This document shows positions 43,522 through 50,791 of a stretch of 64,000 bases of DNA, piece by piece (position 1 is the stretch's first letter; every line of letters begins with the position of its first letter). The position numbers were made by a program, and so were the translations under genes. The stretch is from the IMG/VR virus record IMGVR_UViG_3300032334_001252; one strand, written 5' to 3'. The stretch is from an uncultured virus (IMG/VR IMGVR_UViG_3300032334_001252) (lineage: Duplodnaviria; Heunggongvirae; Uroviricota; Caudoviricetes). The notes under the pieces are model-generated. The model was not told the DNA's origin. It did no database searches and saw only the letters and a program-made list of their open reading frames with translations.

Positions 43522-43558
43522 TGTCAATAGGTACATACCCTAATGTTGTATTTGTGCA
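43522..43558. repeat. pre-early intergenic repeat copy 1 (partial)
   Basis: TGTCAATAGGTACATACCCTAATGTTGTATTT. Confidence 0.8.
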
Positions 43559-43649
43559 AATATAAAAATAAATGTTGACGCGTGAGGTGATCGCATATAT
43601 AATAGAGGCTTAGATTGATTGATTGACCTTTAACACTGGAGAATGTAAC

Positions 43650-43973
43650 ATGACTGCAAAGACTGTAAACTATACCCCTGAGCAAACTGCTAAGATGGTA
43701 GCTGACTATCAAGCTGGCGTTAGCGTTGATGCTCTCGCTCAAGAGCTGGGTAAGACTGTACGCTCTATCGTTGCGAAGCTATCGCGCGAAAAAGTATATC
43801 AGGCTAAGACCTATGTGTCTAAGACTGGTGAAACACCTATCAAGAAAGATGTTCACGCTGATTACATCGGCATGGCATTGGGCTTGACTGAGGCTGATAC
43901 AGAATCGCTCACTAAGGCTAACAAGACTGCGCTCGCTAAGATCGTAGATTTTATCAAGGCTGAAAAGACCTGA
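43650..43973 (+). CDS. T5 A2/D3-like HTH DNA-binding protein (paralog 1)
   Basis: NYT.EQT...Y....LA..LG..RSI.AKLS...Y; ESL.KAN; GGAG RBS. Confidence 0.8.
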   Translation: MTAKTVNYTPEQTAKMVADYQAGVSVDALAQELGKTVRSIVAKLSREKVYQAKTYVSKTGETPIKKDVHADYIGMALGLTEADTESLTKANKTALAKIVDFIKAEKT

Positions 43974-43979
43974 TAGATG

Positions 43980-44008
43980 GTAGGGGCTTTATGCCCCTAC
44001 TCTTTTTT
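43980..44008 (+). terminator. intrinsic terminator
   Basis: GTAGGGGC-TTTAT-GCCCCTAC followed by T-run. Confidence 0.8.
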
Positions 44009-44025
44009 GTGCTATAATATACACT

Positions 44026-44352
44026 ATGCAAAACCTTAACGATTACATTAAATTTTTGGGCTTAACAAAACCTGTTGTTGTGCGTATCAATTCACGCACA
44101 CACAAGGCATGGGATGGTTACTACATCGCACGCTATAACAACAAGGGTAAGCTAGCAGAACATCGCATTACTGTATACTTGCAAGATCAAAGCAGGGACT
44201 TTAACACTATACTTGCACATGAGCTAATTCACGCATGGCAAGAAGAAAATGGGCATACAGAATTTCACGGCAAAGAATTTAAACGAATTGCTCGCAAAAT
44301 GGAAAAGTCTTTTGGTCTGGTAAATATTTACATAAAAGGGACTGATGTCTAA
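44026..44352 (+). CDS. SprT-like zinc metalloprotease
   Basis: LAHELIHAWQ...HGKEF. Confidence 0.75.
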   Translation: MQNLNDYIKFLGLTKPVVVRINSRTHKAWDGYYIARYNNKGKLAEHRITVYLQDQSRDFNTILAHELIHAWQEENGHTEFHGKEFKRIARKMEKSFGLVNIYIKGTDV

Positions 44353-44379
44353 TTTGGCAACTGTTGCATTTTTGCAACA

Positions 44380-44449
44380 GGCGCCAATTATACCATGTAT
44401 AATTGGGCGTTGTCAATAGGTACTTTCCCTAATGTTGTATTTTTACACA
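44380..44449. repeat. pre-early intergenic repeat copy 2
   Basis: GGCGCCAATTATA-CCATG-TATAATTGG..TGTCAA TAGGTACTTTCCCTA ATGTTGTATTTTTACA. Confidence 0.9.
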
Positions 44450-44486
44450 CTTGACTTTTTTCCTGAAATTCTGTTATAATAAACCT

Positions 44487-44615
44487 ATGAAAACACAAAC
44501 TTACACCGAAAAACAAATTGCAGAATTTGCAAAATTTTGCTTGCGTCATGACTTAAAATTTGCTACAATGGCAGAATACAATGGCGCAATTGCTCAATAC
44601 TTTTTAGAGGATTAA
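44487..44615 (+). CDS. small hypothetical protein (42 aa, probably leaderless)
   Basis: MKTQTYTEKQIAEF...; ATG 6 nt after TATAAT. Confidence 0.6.
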   Translation: MKTQTYTEKQIAEFAKFCLRHDLKFATMAEYNGAIAQYFLED

Positions 44616-44616
44616 A

Positions 44617-44919
44617 ATGTTTACAGAATACACAACTATTGACCAAATGCAATCTACCATTTGGGATTTTTATAAAGATGTTCACGGATTCCGTCCTAGA
44701 CACTTTACACAACAAGAATGGGATTCAAGAGAATTCTTGCAAAAAGAATTTGACAATCTTTGCAAGATCGTAGACAATATGACACCTGAGCAAAAAATTG
44801 CTGAGGGTTGGGGTTCTGATATTGATTCAGAATTTGACAATGGTTGTGATGGTGATGCTTTAGCCTCTGCGGGTTATGGTACTGATGAAGATTATGGTTA
44901 TGCTGAGGATGTATTATGA
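44617..44919 (+). CDS. acidic hypothetical phage protein
   Basis: D.YKDVHGFRPR and ALASAGYGTDEDY motifs; GAGG RBS. Confidence 0.65.
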   Translation: MFTEYTTIDQMQSTIWDFYKDVHGFRPRHFTQQEWDSREFLQKEFDNLCKIVDNMTPEQKIAEGWGSDIDSEFDNGCDGDALASAGYGTDEDYGYAEDVL

Positions 44920-45008
44920 TTGAATTTAAGTTATACTTTTTAGCGTTTGTTGCGTTTCTTGCGTTTGTTGTGGTTATAATAGCACTTTTAGAATGGATTT
45001 CAAAATGA
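44916..45008 (+). CDS. 30-aa single-TM peptide
   Basis: MIEFKLYFLAFVAFLAFVVVIIALLEWISK; ATGA overlaps at both ends. Confidence 0.55.
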   Translation: MIEFKLYFLAFVAFLAFVVVIIALLEWISK

Positions 45009-45637
45009 TTAAATATACTGGAAACAATTTCGTTAAATTTAAAAAATCTGCCTTTGCTGAATTGATTACAGAATTGACAAAGGTCGAAGGCTACATGATT
45101 GGTCGATGCGACACATTAAATGGTTGCGACTATTGGGGCATTGTTGATGCTGAAGGCGAAGAAAATTGTTTTGTAAATTTAGCGCAAGGGTTATCGGGTG
45201 AAGCGCATGGTGTTACATGGGAACAACTAGCGACTGATTTTCCTCGTTTAATTGAATTGCTAGATGAGCACAATTTGCACTATTACATTGGTAAAAACTA
45301 TGTAGGCAATTGGGGCGTTCATCGTCATATTTATGATGAATCTAGCACAATGAATTTGTGCCTACTGGTAAATGGTAATAATGGCGGTACTGTTAACTTT
45401 CACGAATTTGATAACGAATCAGATTTTGAGGAAATGTCAGACACTCACATTTTTGACCTACACGACAAAGAATTTTCTAGAGATACCATTGTTGAATCGG
45501 TAGACATTAAAGATGGACAATGCTATTCTTTTAATACTGGTAAATGGCACTCGCACATTGTATATGGCAACAGAGCAGAATTATTTTTGCTACATTTTAA
45601 AGATGCGACAGATGTTATAGATTTGATAAATATGTAA
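45005..45637 (+). CDS. cupin/2OG-oxygenase-fold hypothetical protein
   Basis: H.H motif and FNTGKWHSH; start inferred from ATGA overlap. Confidence 0.55.
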   Translation: MIKYTGNNFVKFKKSAFAELITELTKVEGYMIGRCDTLNGCDYWGIVDAEGEENCFVNLAQGLSGEAHGVTWEQLATDFPRLIELLDEHNLHYYIGKNYVGNWGVHRHIYDESSTMNLCLLVNGNNGGTVNFHEFDNESDFEEMSDTHIFDLHDKEFSRDTIVESVDIKDGQCYSFNTGKWHSHIVYGNRAELFLLHFKDATDVIDLINM

Positions 45638-45672
45638 AAAGAAACAAAGGTTCTCGTTTTGAGAACCTTTGG

Positions 45673-45755
45673 GGCGCCAAAATTATATCATATAATTTTG
45701 GGGCGTGTCAAGCTTTTTTTGCTAGGTATTTTCCCTAATGTTGTATTTTTACAAA
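45673..45755. repeat. pre-early intergenic repeat copy 3
   Basis: GGCGCCAAAATTATA-TCA-TATAATTTTGG..TGTCAA..TAGGTATTTTCCCTAATGTTGTATTTTTACA. Confidence 0.9.
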
Positions 45756-45825
45756 TTTGCAAATTTTTTGTTGTGTGGGCGTTTTTCGTGCTATAATCTA
45801 CACATACAAACAAGGAATGATCTAA

Positions 45826-46302
45826 ATGGCTAAAATTACAAAGGTTTCAATATATGACATGGATGGCACAATCGTTGATTCACTGCATCGGTATCGTACT
45901 ATCGTTGATGCCAATGGCGAACGAATTGATCTCAATTATTGGAGAGAAAACGAATATCGGGCAATGGATGATTCACTATTGCCACTCGCAGAACAATACA
46001 AGCGAGATCTCGCAGATCAAAATTGTTATGTTATTATTGCTACTGCCCGTGTTCTTCGTTCCGCTGATAATCAATTTATTAGCGAGATTTTAGGCGAACC
46101 CGATTATATCATTAGTCGCAATGATGGATCGACAATATCAGGCGGTTTGCTAAAAATTAATGGTTTAGCAAAATTCTTCAATTTGATAACTTTCAAAGAT
46201 GCTGAATTTACTTTTTATGAGGATAATGTAGACTATCTCAAAGCGGTTTGCGATAGGTTTAATATTCGTGGCGTTTATGTTCCATCAAAACAAGGACACT
46301 AA
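45826..46302 (+). CDS. dmp: HAD-family deoxynucleoside-5'-monophosphatase (T5 Dmp-like)
   Basis: DMDGTIVDSLHR, LLPL, ATAR, FYED; pre-early context. Confidence 0.75.
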   Translation: MAKITKVSIYDMDGTIVDSLHRYRTIVDANGERIDLNYWRENEYRAMDDSLLPLAEQYKRDLADQNCYVIIATARVLRSADNQFISEILGEPDYIISRNDGSTISGGLLKINGLAKFFNLITFKDAEFTFYEDNVDYLKAVCDRFNIRGVYVPSKQGH

Positions 46303-46305
46303 AAA

Positions 46306-46383
46306 ATGATTACAACAATTTGCGTTATTGCATTTATTTTGGTAAAATTTGCATTGTTAGAATTTTTTGTGAAAGGACACTAA
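46306..46383 (+). CDS. 25-aa hydrophobic peptide
   Basis: AAGGA RBS; MITTICVIAFILVKFALLEFFVKGH. Confidence 0.45.
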   Translation: MITTICVIAFILVKFALLEFFVKGH

Positions 46384-46386
46384 AAA

Positions 46387-46536
46387 ATGATTCGTGTTAT
46401 ACTTGGCTTTTTGATAATCTTTGGTGCGGTTGGCGGTTTGGACAATGACCAAGATTTGCTCAATTGCATAATGGTTGCCATTTGTGGAATGTTCCTAATG
46501 GCATGGGGCGCATTTGATAAAAACGCAATGCGATAA
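46387..46536 (+). CDS. 49-aa two-TM peptide
   Basis: AAGGA RBS; MIRVILGFLIIFGAVGG... Confidence 0.55.
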   Translation: MIRVILGFLIIFGAVGGLDNDQDLLNCIMVAICGMFLMAWGAFDKNAMR

Positions 46537-46542
46537 TAATTA

Positions 46543-46569
46543 TCAAAATGAGAATGATTCTCATTTTGA
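46543..46569. promoter_or_regulatory. Fur box (perfect palindrome)
   Basis: AATGAGAATGATTCTCATT inside a 13-1-13 palindrome; extra GATAATAATTATC just upstream. Confidence 0.75.
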
Positions 46570-46641
46570 GGCGCCAAAATTATAGCATATAATTTTGGGG
46601 CGTGTCAATAGGGGTTTTCCCCTATGTTGTATTTTTACAAA
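46570..46641. repeat. pre-early intergenic repeat copy 4
   Basis: GGCGCCAAAATTATA-GCA-TATAATTTTGG..TGTCAATAGGGGTTTTCCCCTATGTTGTATTTTTACA. Confidence 0.9.
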
Positions 46642-46700
46642 TTGTGTGTCGGTCGCAATTTTTGTGATATAATTAAGCTCTTAACAACTGGAAAGCTCAA

Positions 46701-47396
46701 ATGGCTAAAAAACAATTCTTTGCAATTCTCGACACGGAAACTACCATTAATGATACTGTTGCCGATTTTGCAATTGTTATTTGTGATCGCACTGGTCGCA
46801 TTTATAATCAATGCGCGGTTTTAGTCGCTGGACATTATAACACAATGGAATTATTCCACGATAAAAATAATAATGATATTTGGGGTTATGAGGGTTTGAA
46901 TAAACGCAAAGCGGGTTATACTGCTATGCTTGATAATGGCGTTCGCATGATTGCTTCAGTTAATGCAATTAATAAATGGATTAATCAAGCCATTGGCAAA
47001 TATAATCCTACACTTACTGCATATAATCTTGCATTTGATTTGGCTAAATGCTCAAATACTGGTATTGATTTATCAGGTTTTAATGAGAAATTTTGCTTAT
47101 GGCAAGCAAGCATTGGCAATATTTGCAAAACTAAAAAATACAAACAATTTTGCTTAGATAATCACGGTTTTAATAATGTTACTAAGCATGGTAATATGAC
47201 ATTCAAAACTAATGCTGAGATGGTTTGCGGTTTTATTAATAATAATCTTATTACTGAGCCACATACTGCGCTCGAAGATGCTAGAGATTTTGAATTGCCT
47301 ATTTTGACAAATATTATTAAAAAACGTAATTGGCAAGATAATATTATTCCTTACGATTGGAATAAATTTCAAGTCAGAGATAATTTTAAGGCTTAA
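46701..47396 (+). CDS. DEDDh 3'-5' exonuclease
   Basis: ILDTETT, AYNLAFD, HTALEDA. Confidence 0.85.
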   Translation: MAKKQFFAILDTETTINDTVADFAIVICDRTGRIYNQCAVLVAGHYNTMELFHDKNNNDIWGYEGLNKRKAGYTAMLDNGVRMIASVNAINKWINQAIGKYNPTLTAYNLAFDLAKCSNTGIDLSGFNEKFCLWQASIGNICKTKKYKQFCLDNHGFNNVTKHGNMTFKTNAEMVCGFINNNLITEPHTALEDARDFELPILTNIIKKRNWQDNIIPYDWNKFQVRDNFKA

Positions 47397-47399
47397 TAA

Positions 47400-47648
47400 A
47401 TGGAAACTATCGGATATATTGGTTCTATTCTTTTGGCAATCTGTGGATTGCCACAAGCAATAGAATCATATAAAACAAAATCAAGCGAGGGATTAACTTG
47501 GGGTTTTATTTTATTATGGTTTTTTGGCGAAATATTTACATTCGCTTATATATTGCCAAAAATGGATTTGCCCCTATTAATTAATTATTCGGCAAACCTT
47601 ATATTTTTGATAATCATTCTTTATTTTAAAATATTCCCCAAAAAATAA
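47400..47648 (+). CDS. PQ-loop / SemiSWEET-like membrane protein
   Basis: GLPQA..Y.TKS..GL; three TMs. Confidence 0.8.
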   Translation: METIGYIGSILLAICGLPQAIESYKTKSSEGLTWGFILLWFFGEIFTFAYILPKMDLPLLINYSANLIFLIIILYFKIFPKK

Positions 47649-47671
47649 CCCTACGGGCAGTAGGGTTTTGG

Positions 47672-47740
47672 GGCGCCAATTTTATCACATAAAATTGGTC
47701 GCTGTCAATAGGTATTTTCCCTAATGTTGTATTTTTGCAC
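47672..47740. repeat. pre-early intergenic repeat copy 5
   Basis: GGCGCCAATTTTAT-CAC-ATAAAATTGG..TGTCAATAGGTATTTTCCCTAATGTTGTATTTTTGCA. Confidence 0.9.
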
Positions 47741-47780
47741 AGACTGGTTTTTTCGTGATTTTTCGGGTATAATTTCAGAC

Positions 47781-48158
47781 ATGGACAGACAGAAATTAGA
47801 ATTGAGATTAAATAGCAAATGTGAAAGCATTTGGGAAACCCTTGCCGAAATGCATGGTAGACTGGTGCGCTTCAATCCGCCAAAAATTGTGCTAGATGCT
47901 AGATTTTGGCGCACTGCGGGAATGTGTCACCAAGACGAAAATTTTATTCGACTAGGCTATAAATTTTTCTTGCACTCGCAAAATTATTGTGATACAATGG
48001 TAAAAATTATTTTACCGCATGAGATCATTCACCAAGCCGATTTTAATCTTTTTGGCGAGAGCGAAAAAAATTGTGGTCATGGCAAAAATTGGTGTAATCT
48101 TATGGTACAATATGGGCTTAAACCCGAAAAGCATCACTCAATGGACATTAAACGATGA
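47781..48158 (+). CDS. SprT-like zinc metalloprotease (second copy)
   Basis: TAG, PHEIIH, HGKNW...M...G; ATG 7 nt after TATAAT. Confidence 0.8.
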   Translation: MDRQKLELRLNSKCESIWETLAEMHGRLVRFNPPKIVLDARFWRTAGMCHQDENFIRLGYKFFLHSQNYCDTMVKIILPHEIIHQADFNLFGESEKNCGHGKNWCNLMVQYGLKPEKHHSMDIKR

Positions 48159-48370
48159 TAAACAAAATTTCATGGCTAGGAACAATTGCTTCAATTATTG
48201 GGGCTTTTGTAGTTGCTTCAAAATTATTTTTGGTAGGCTATTGCTTTTTTATTGTTGGTAGCGTATCATGGCTAATTGTCGGATTTGCTAGAAAAGATAA
48301 TTCGCTGATTGTTTTAAATGGTACTTTTTTTCTAGCGAATATTTTGGGTTTTTATAATTCTGTGGTATAA
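48155..48370 (+). CDS. small multi-TM membrane protein
   Basis: Three hydrophobic segments; ATGA overlap. Confidence 0.65.
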   Translation: MINKISWLGTIASIIGAFVVASKLFLVGYCFFIVGSVSWLIVGFARKDNSLIVLNGTFFLANILGFYNSVV

Positions 48371-48394
48371 TAAATTTTTGAAAGGAAAGTTAAA

Positions 48395-48715
48395 ATGAAA
48401 GCATTGAACTACACTCCAGAGCAAACGCTCGCAATGGTTGCCGATTATCAAAACGGCGTTTCTGTAGAACAAATTGCCGAAACACTTGGCAAAACTGTTC
48501 GTTCAGTTGTTGCAAAATTGAGCCGTGAAAAGGTTTATAAGGCTAAAGAATATATTTCTAAAACTGGCGAAAAACCAGTTAAAAAAGATGTTCATGCCGA
48601 TGCAATTGGCGCAATTTTGCGACTAAATGAAAATGATATTGAATCGCTTACTAAAGCAAATAAAAATGCTCTCAAAGCAATTTTTGATGCATTGGCAAAT
48701 TCAAAGCCAATTTAA
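48395..48715 (+). CDS. T5 A2/D3-like DNA-binding protein (paralog 2)
   Basis: Closely similar to 43650 ORF (NYTPEQT...KLSREKVY...KKDVHAD). Confidence 0.8.
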   Translation: MKALNYTPEQTLAMVADYQNGVSVEQIAETLGKTVRSVVAKLSREKVYKAKEYISKTGEKPVKKDVHADAIGAILRLNENDIESLTKANKNALKAIFDALANSKPI

Positions 48716-48798
48716 AATTATATAACATAATTTTAATAACCCTGCAAATTGCAGGGTTATTTTTTAGCTTAATAACCCTACAACCCGTAGGGTTATTT

Positions 48799-48870
48799 GC
48801 GCCAAAATTATAACATAATTTTGGGGCGCGTGTCAATAGGTACTTTCCCTAATGTTGGCAAAAAACAACA
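48799..48870. repeat. pre-early intergenic repeat copy 6
   Basis: GCGCCAAAATTAT-AAC-ATAATTTTGG..TGTCAATAGGTACTTTCCCTAATGTTG. Confidence 0.88.
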
Positions 48871-48877
48871 CCTAGTC

Positions 48878-48938
48878 TGGCACGATTCTTGCGCCGCGGC
48901 GGCTGGCACGATTATTGCTAATAGCAAGGTTCATGCCA
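48878..48938. promoter_or_regulatory. three sigma54 (-24/-12) consensus sites
   Basis: TGGCACGATTCTTGC (48878), TGGCACGATTATTGC (48904), minus-strand TGGCATGAACCTTGC (48924-48938). Confidence 0.8.
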
Positions 48939-48947
48939 GCAAATCCA

Positions 48948-48966
48948 AATGCGAATGATTATCATT
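48948..48966. promoter_or_regulatory. Fur box
   Basis: AATGCGAATGATTATCATT. Confidence 0.7.
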
Positions 48967-48976
48967 CAGCAAAAAG

Positions 48977-49028
48977 TTATCCACAGGTTATCCACAGAGG
49001 GCAAAAAGTTATCCACAGCTTATCCACA
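48977..49028 (+). promoter_or_regulatory. four perfect DnaA boxes
   Basis: TTATCCACA at 48977, 48988, 49009 and 49020. Confidence 0.9.
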
Positions 49029-49222
49029 GCAGCAGCGCTGCTGCGCCAGTGCAAAAGTGGGAAAGTGGGAAATTTTGAGGTACCGCGTGCGCCCATTATA
49101 TAGTGTAAAACCTAATTTGTCAAGTGTATTTTCGATTCAGGTTGCCTCAAGTGCAAAAATAATCTCTTGATCGATTTTGCAGAATTTTGTATAATTTATA
49201 TATTGATGGAAAGGAAACTGAG

Positions 49223-49354
49223 ATGACAGACAATGAATTTTTTAGGCTGGATCAGGAGCAGTGGTACCAAGATTTTGTGGATGCAGAAGTGTATGAAATT
49301 ATGGCAAGTACTATCCCACACGAAGAAAATTTCTTACTTGATGTTCCCTTCTGA
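49223..49354 (+). CDS. 43-aa acidic peptide ending DVPF
   Basis: AAGGA RBS and upstream TTGATC-17-TATAAT promoter; MTDNEFFRLD...FLLDVPF. Confidence 0.6.
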   Translation: MTDNEFFRLDQEQWYQDFVDAEVYEIMASTIPHEENFLLDVPF

Positions 49355-49406
49355 TCAGTGTATAATTTAATCTTTAACGGCGCAGAAACCAAAACACAAA
49401 GGACAT

Positions 49407-49715
49407 ATGATGACTGACAAAACTGTAAACTATACCCCTGAGCAAACTCAGCAACTCGTGCAAGCCTACCAAGACGGCCAAAGCGTAGAAACTTTGGCAA
49501 TGCAATTGGGTCGTAGCACTCGTAGCATTGTTGCTAAACTGTCACGCGAAGGCGTGTACAAAGCAAAGAGCAAAGCCAGTGGCGTTGCTCGTGTCAAGAA
49601 GGCTGACCTTGTTGACCAGATCGCTAACCGTTGCGGTGTAGCTCCAGAGATTTTCGAATCTCTCGAAAAAGCCAACCACGAAGTGTTGGAAGCAATTGTC
49701 GCTAACTTGCGTTGA
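49407..49715 (+). CDS. T5 A2/D3-like DNA-binding protein (paralog 3)
   Basis: VNYTPEQT...RSIVAKLSREGVY...ESLEKAN. Confidence 0.8.
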   Translation: MMTDKTVNYTPEQTQQLVQAYQDGQSVETLAMQLGRSTRSIVAKLSREGVYKAKSKASGVARVKKADLVDQIANRCGVAPEIFESLEKANHEVLEAIVANLR

Positions 49716-49781
49716 TTGTTACGGTTGGGGGTCAAAAAATATTAACTTGATCTCCAGCCCCTTTTCATGTATAATTATTCT

Positions 49782-49917
49782 ATAAACAGTCGGGAAGGGC
49801 TTAATGAATACCACAGCAATGTGGTGCCCGTCTGCACAAGAACACTTACTCAACCTTTGACAAAAACTATTAGTCTCTTACGTAAGGTAGTCTAGTTGCA
49901 ACGACTGTTATTTTTTA
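49782..49917 (+). ncRNA. candidate ~130-nt structured small RNA
   Basis: Promoter TTGATC-17-TATAAT (49747-49775); closing stem AACAGTCG/CGACTGTT followed by T-run; internal ACCACA-GCAA-TGTGGT hairpin. Confidence 0.55.
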
Positions 49918-50276
49918 CTTGAAAGTTTAAATCAATTAGCGTATAATTGATATATAGATTGGGTGGACAGCGGTCACTAAGCTAAACATAGTGATACGTC
50001 CTTAATTGTACAAAAGCTACTCACCGAGCTACAGCCCCAAGCTAAAATTATCTATAAATTAGTGTTATCAAGGTATCGTGTGCAGACGTGTACACTATTC
50101 GGGTCCCATCAGCCAGAGGCGGATCCTGATATAACTGCTTGGCGTAGGGAGGCTTAGCGGCTTGTCCCAAAATTGGCAAGATAACATTAATTTATGGGTA
50201 AATCGAGACCAGCTCTATGCGTAACTGGATAAATTTTTAATTGCGACTGAATGACTCTGGTTGCAGCCCGTTTAAA

Positions 50277-50378
50277 CACCTCTGATGAGTACCCTGGGAT
50301 GGGACGAAACTCTAAACCTTGAGGCAACTTTGCTGAGTATTCCCCATACACACGGTTGCATCGGTTTAGGGTCAGGTG
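50277..50378 (+). ncRNA. type I hammerhead ribozyme
   Basis: Stem I CACCU/AGGUG; CUGAUGA; stem II GU(A)CCC/GGGAC; GAAA; stem III ACUCUAAACC/GGUUUAGGGU; GUC cleavage triplet ending 50373. Confidence 0.85.
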
Positions 50379-50791
50379 AAAGAACACCATAAAATACAGC
50401 TATCTTCTAACCAAGAACTGGGTTCACCCAGCAATGTGAGTATGGAATCTTACTAGCGATTGAATAGTGTTGCGCAAACTATTCTATTAATAGCGCACCC
50501 CGACCCTAAACTGCAGAGGGGTCGCAAAAAATTGTCTGCAGGCGCTAAGCACTGAAACTGTAAGCCGACAAAGCCCAAAGTCGATAAAAATGTGGTGGGC
50601 AGTAGTGCCGAACCAATACTGTTAGTCACGGATATCCCGACGACCTTATATGGCAACTGTGGACTGAAACGTGCAGCTTACCTAAATTAGAGCAGACTCC
50701 AATTCACCACTGGCTAAGGCTTTTACCAATTTAGGGTCAGGTAGCTGTGGTGGCTTAAAAATCCTGTTGTGAGCAAAAAACTTCTAGAGTT

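Noticed and set aside
44361..44380. LexA box
   Set aside because: CTGT-N12-ACAG rather than the N8 spacing
43522..48870. Pre-early repeats as a CRISPR array or integron attC sites
   Set aside because: Spacing is ~0.9-1.3 kb and contains genes, copies are degenerate, and there is no cas gene, integrase or RYYYAAC/GTTRRRY ends
49055..49073. MraZ-binding GTGGG repeats
   Set aside because: Only two copies with 8-nt period instead of three at 10 nt
49785..49909. c-di-GMP-II riboswitch resemblance (GGAA...AAUGAA...UGCAACGAC)
   Set aside because: Kink-turn and pseudoknot pairing do not fit; no downstream CDS
50187..50656. Two 67-aa minus-strand ORFs in the non-coding locus
   Set aside because: Non-ATG starts, no recognisable motifs, antisense to the promoter-terminator unit and ribozyme
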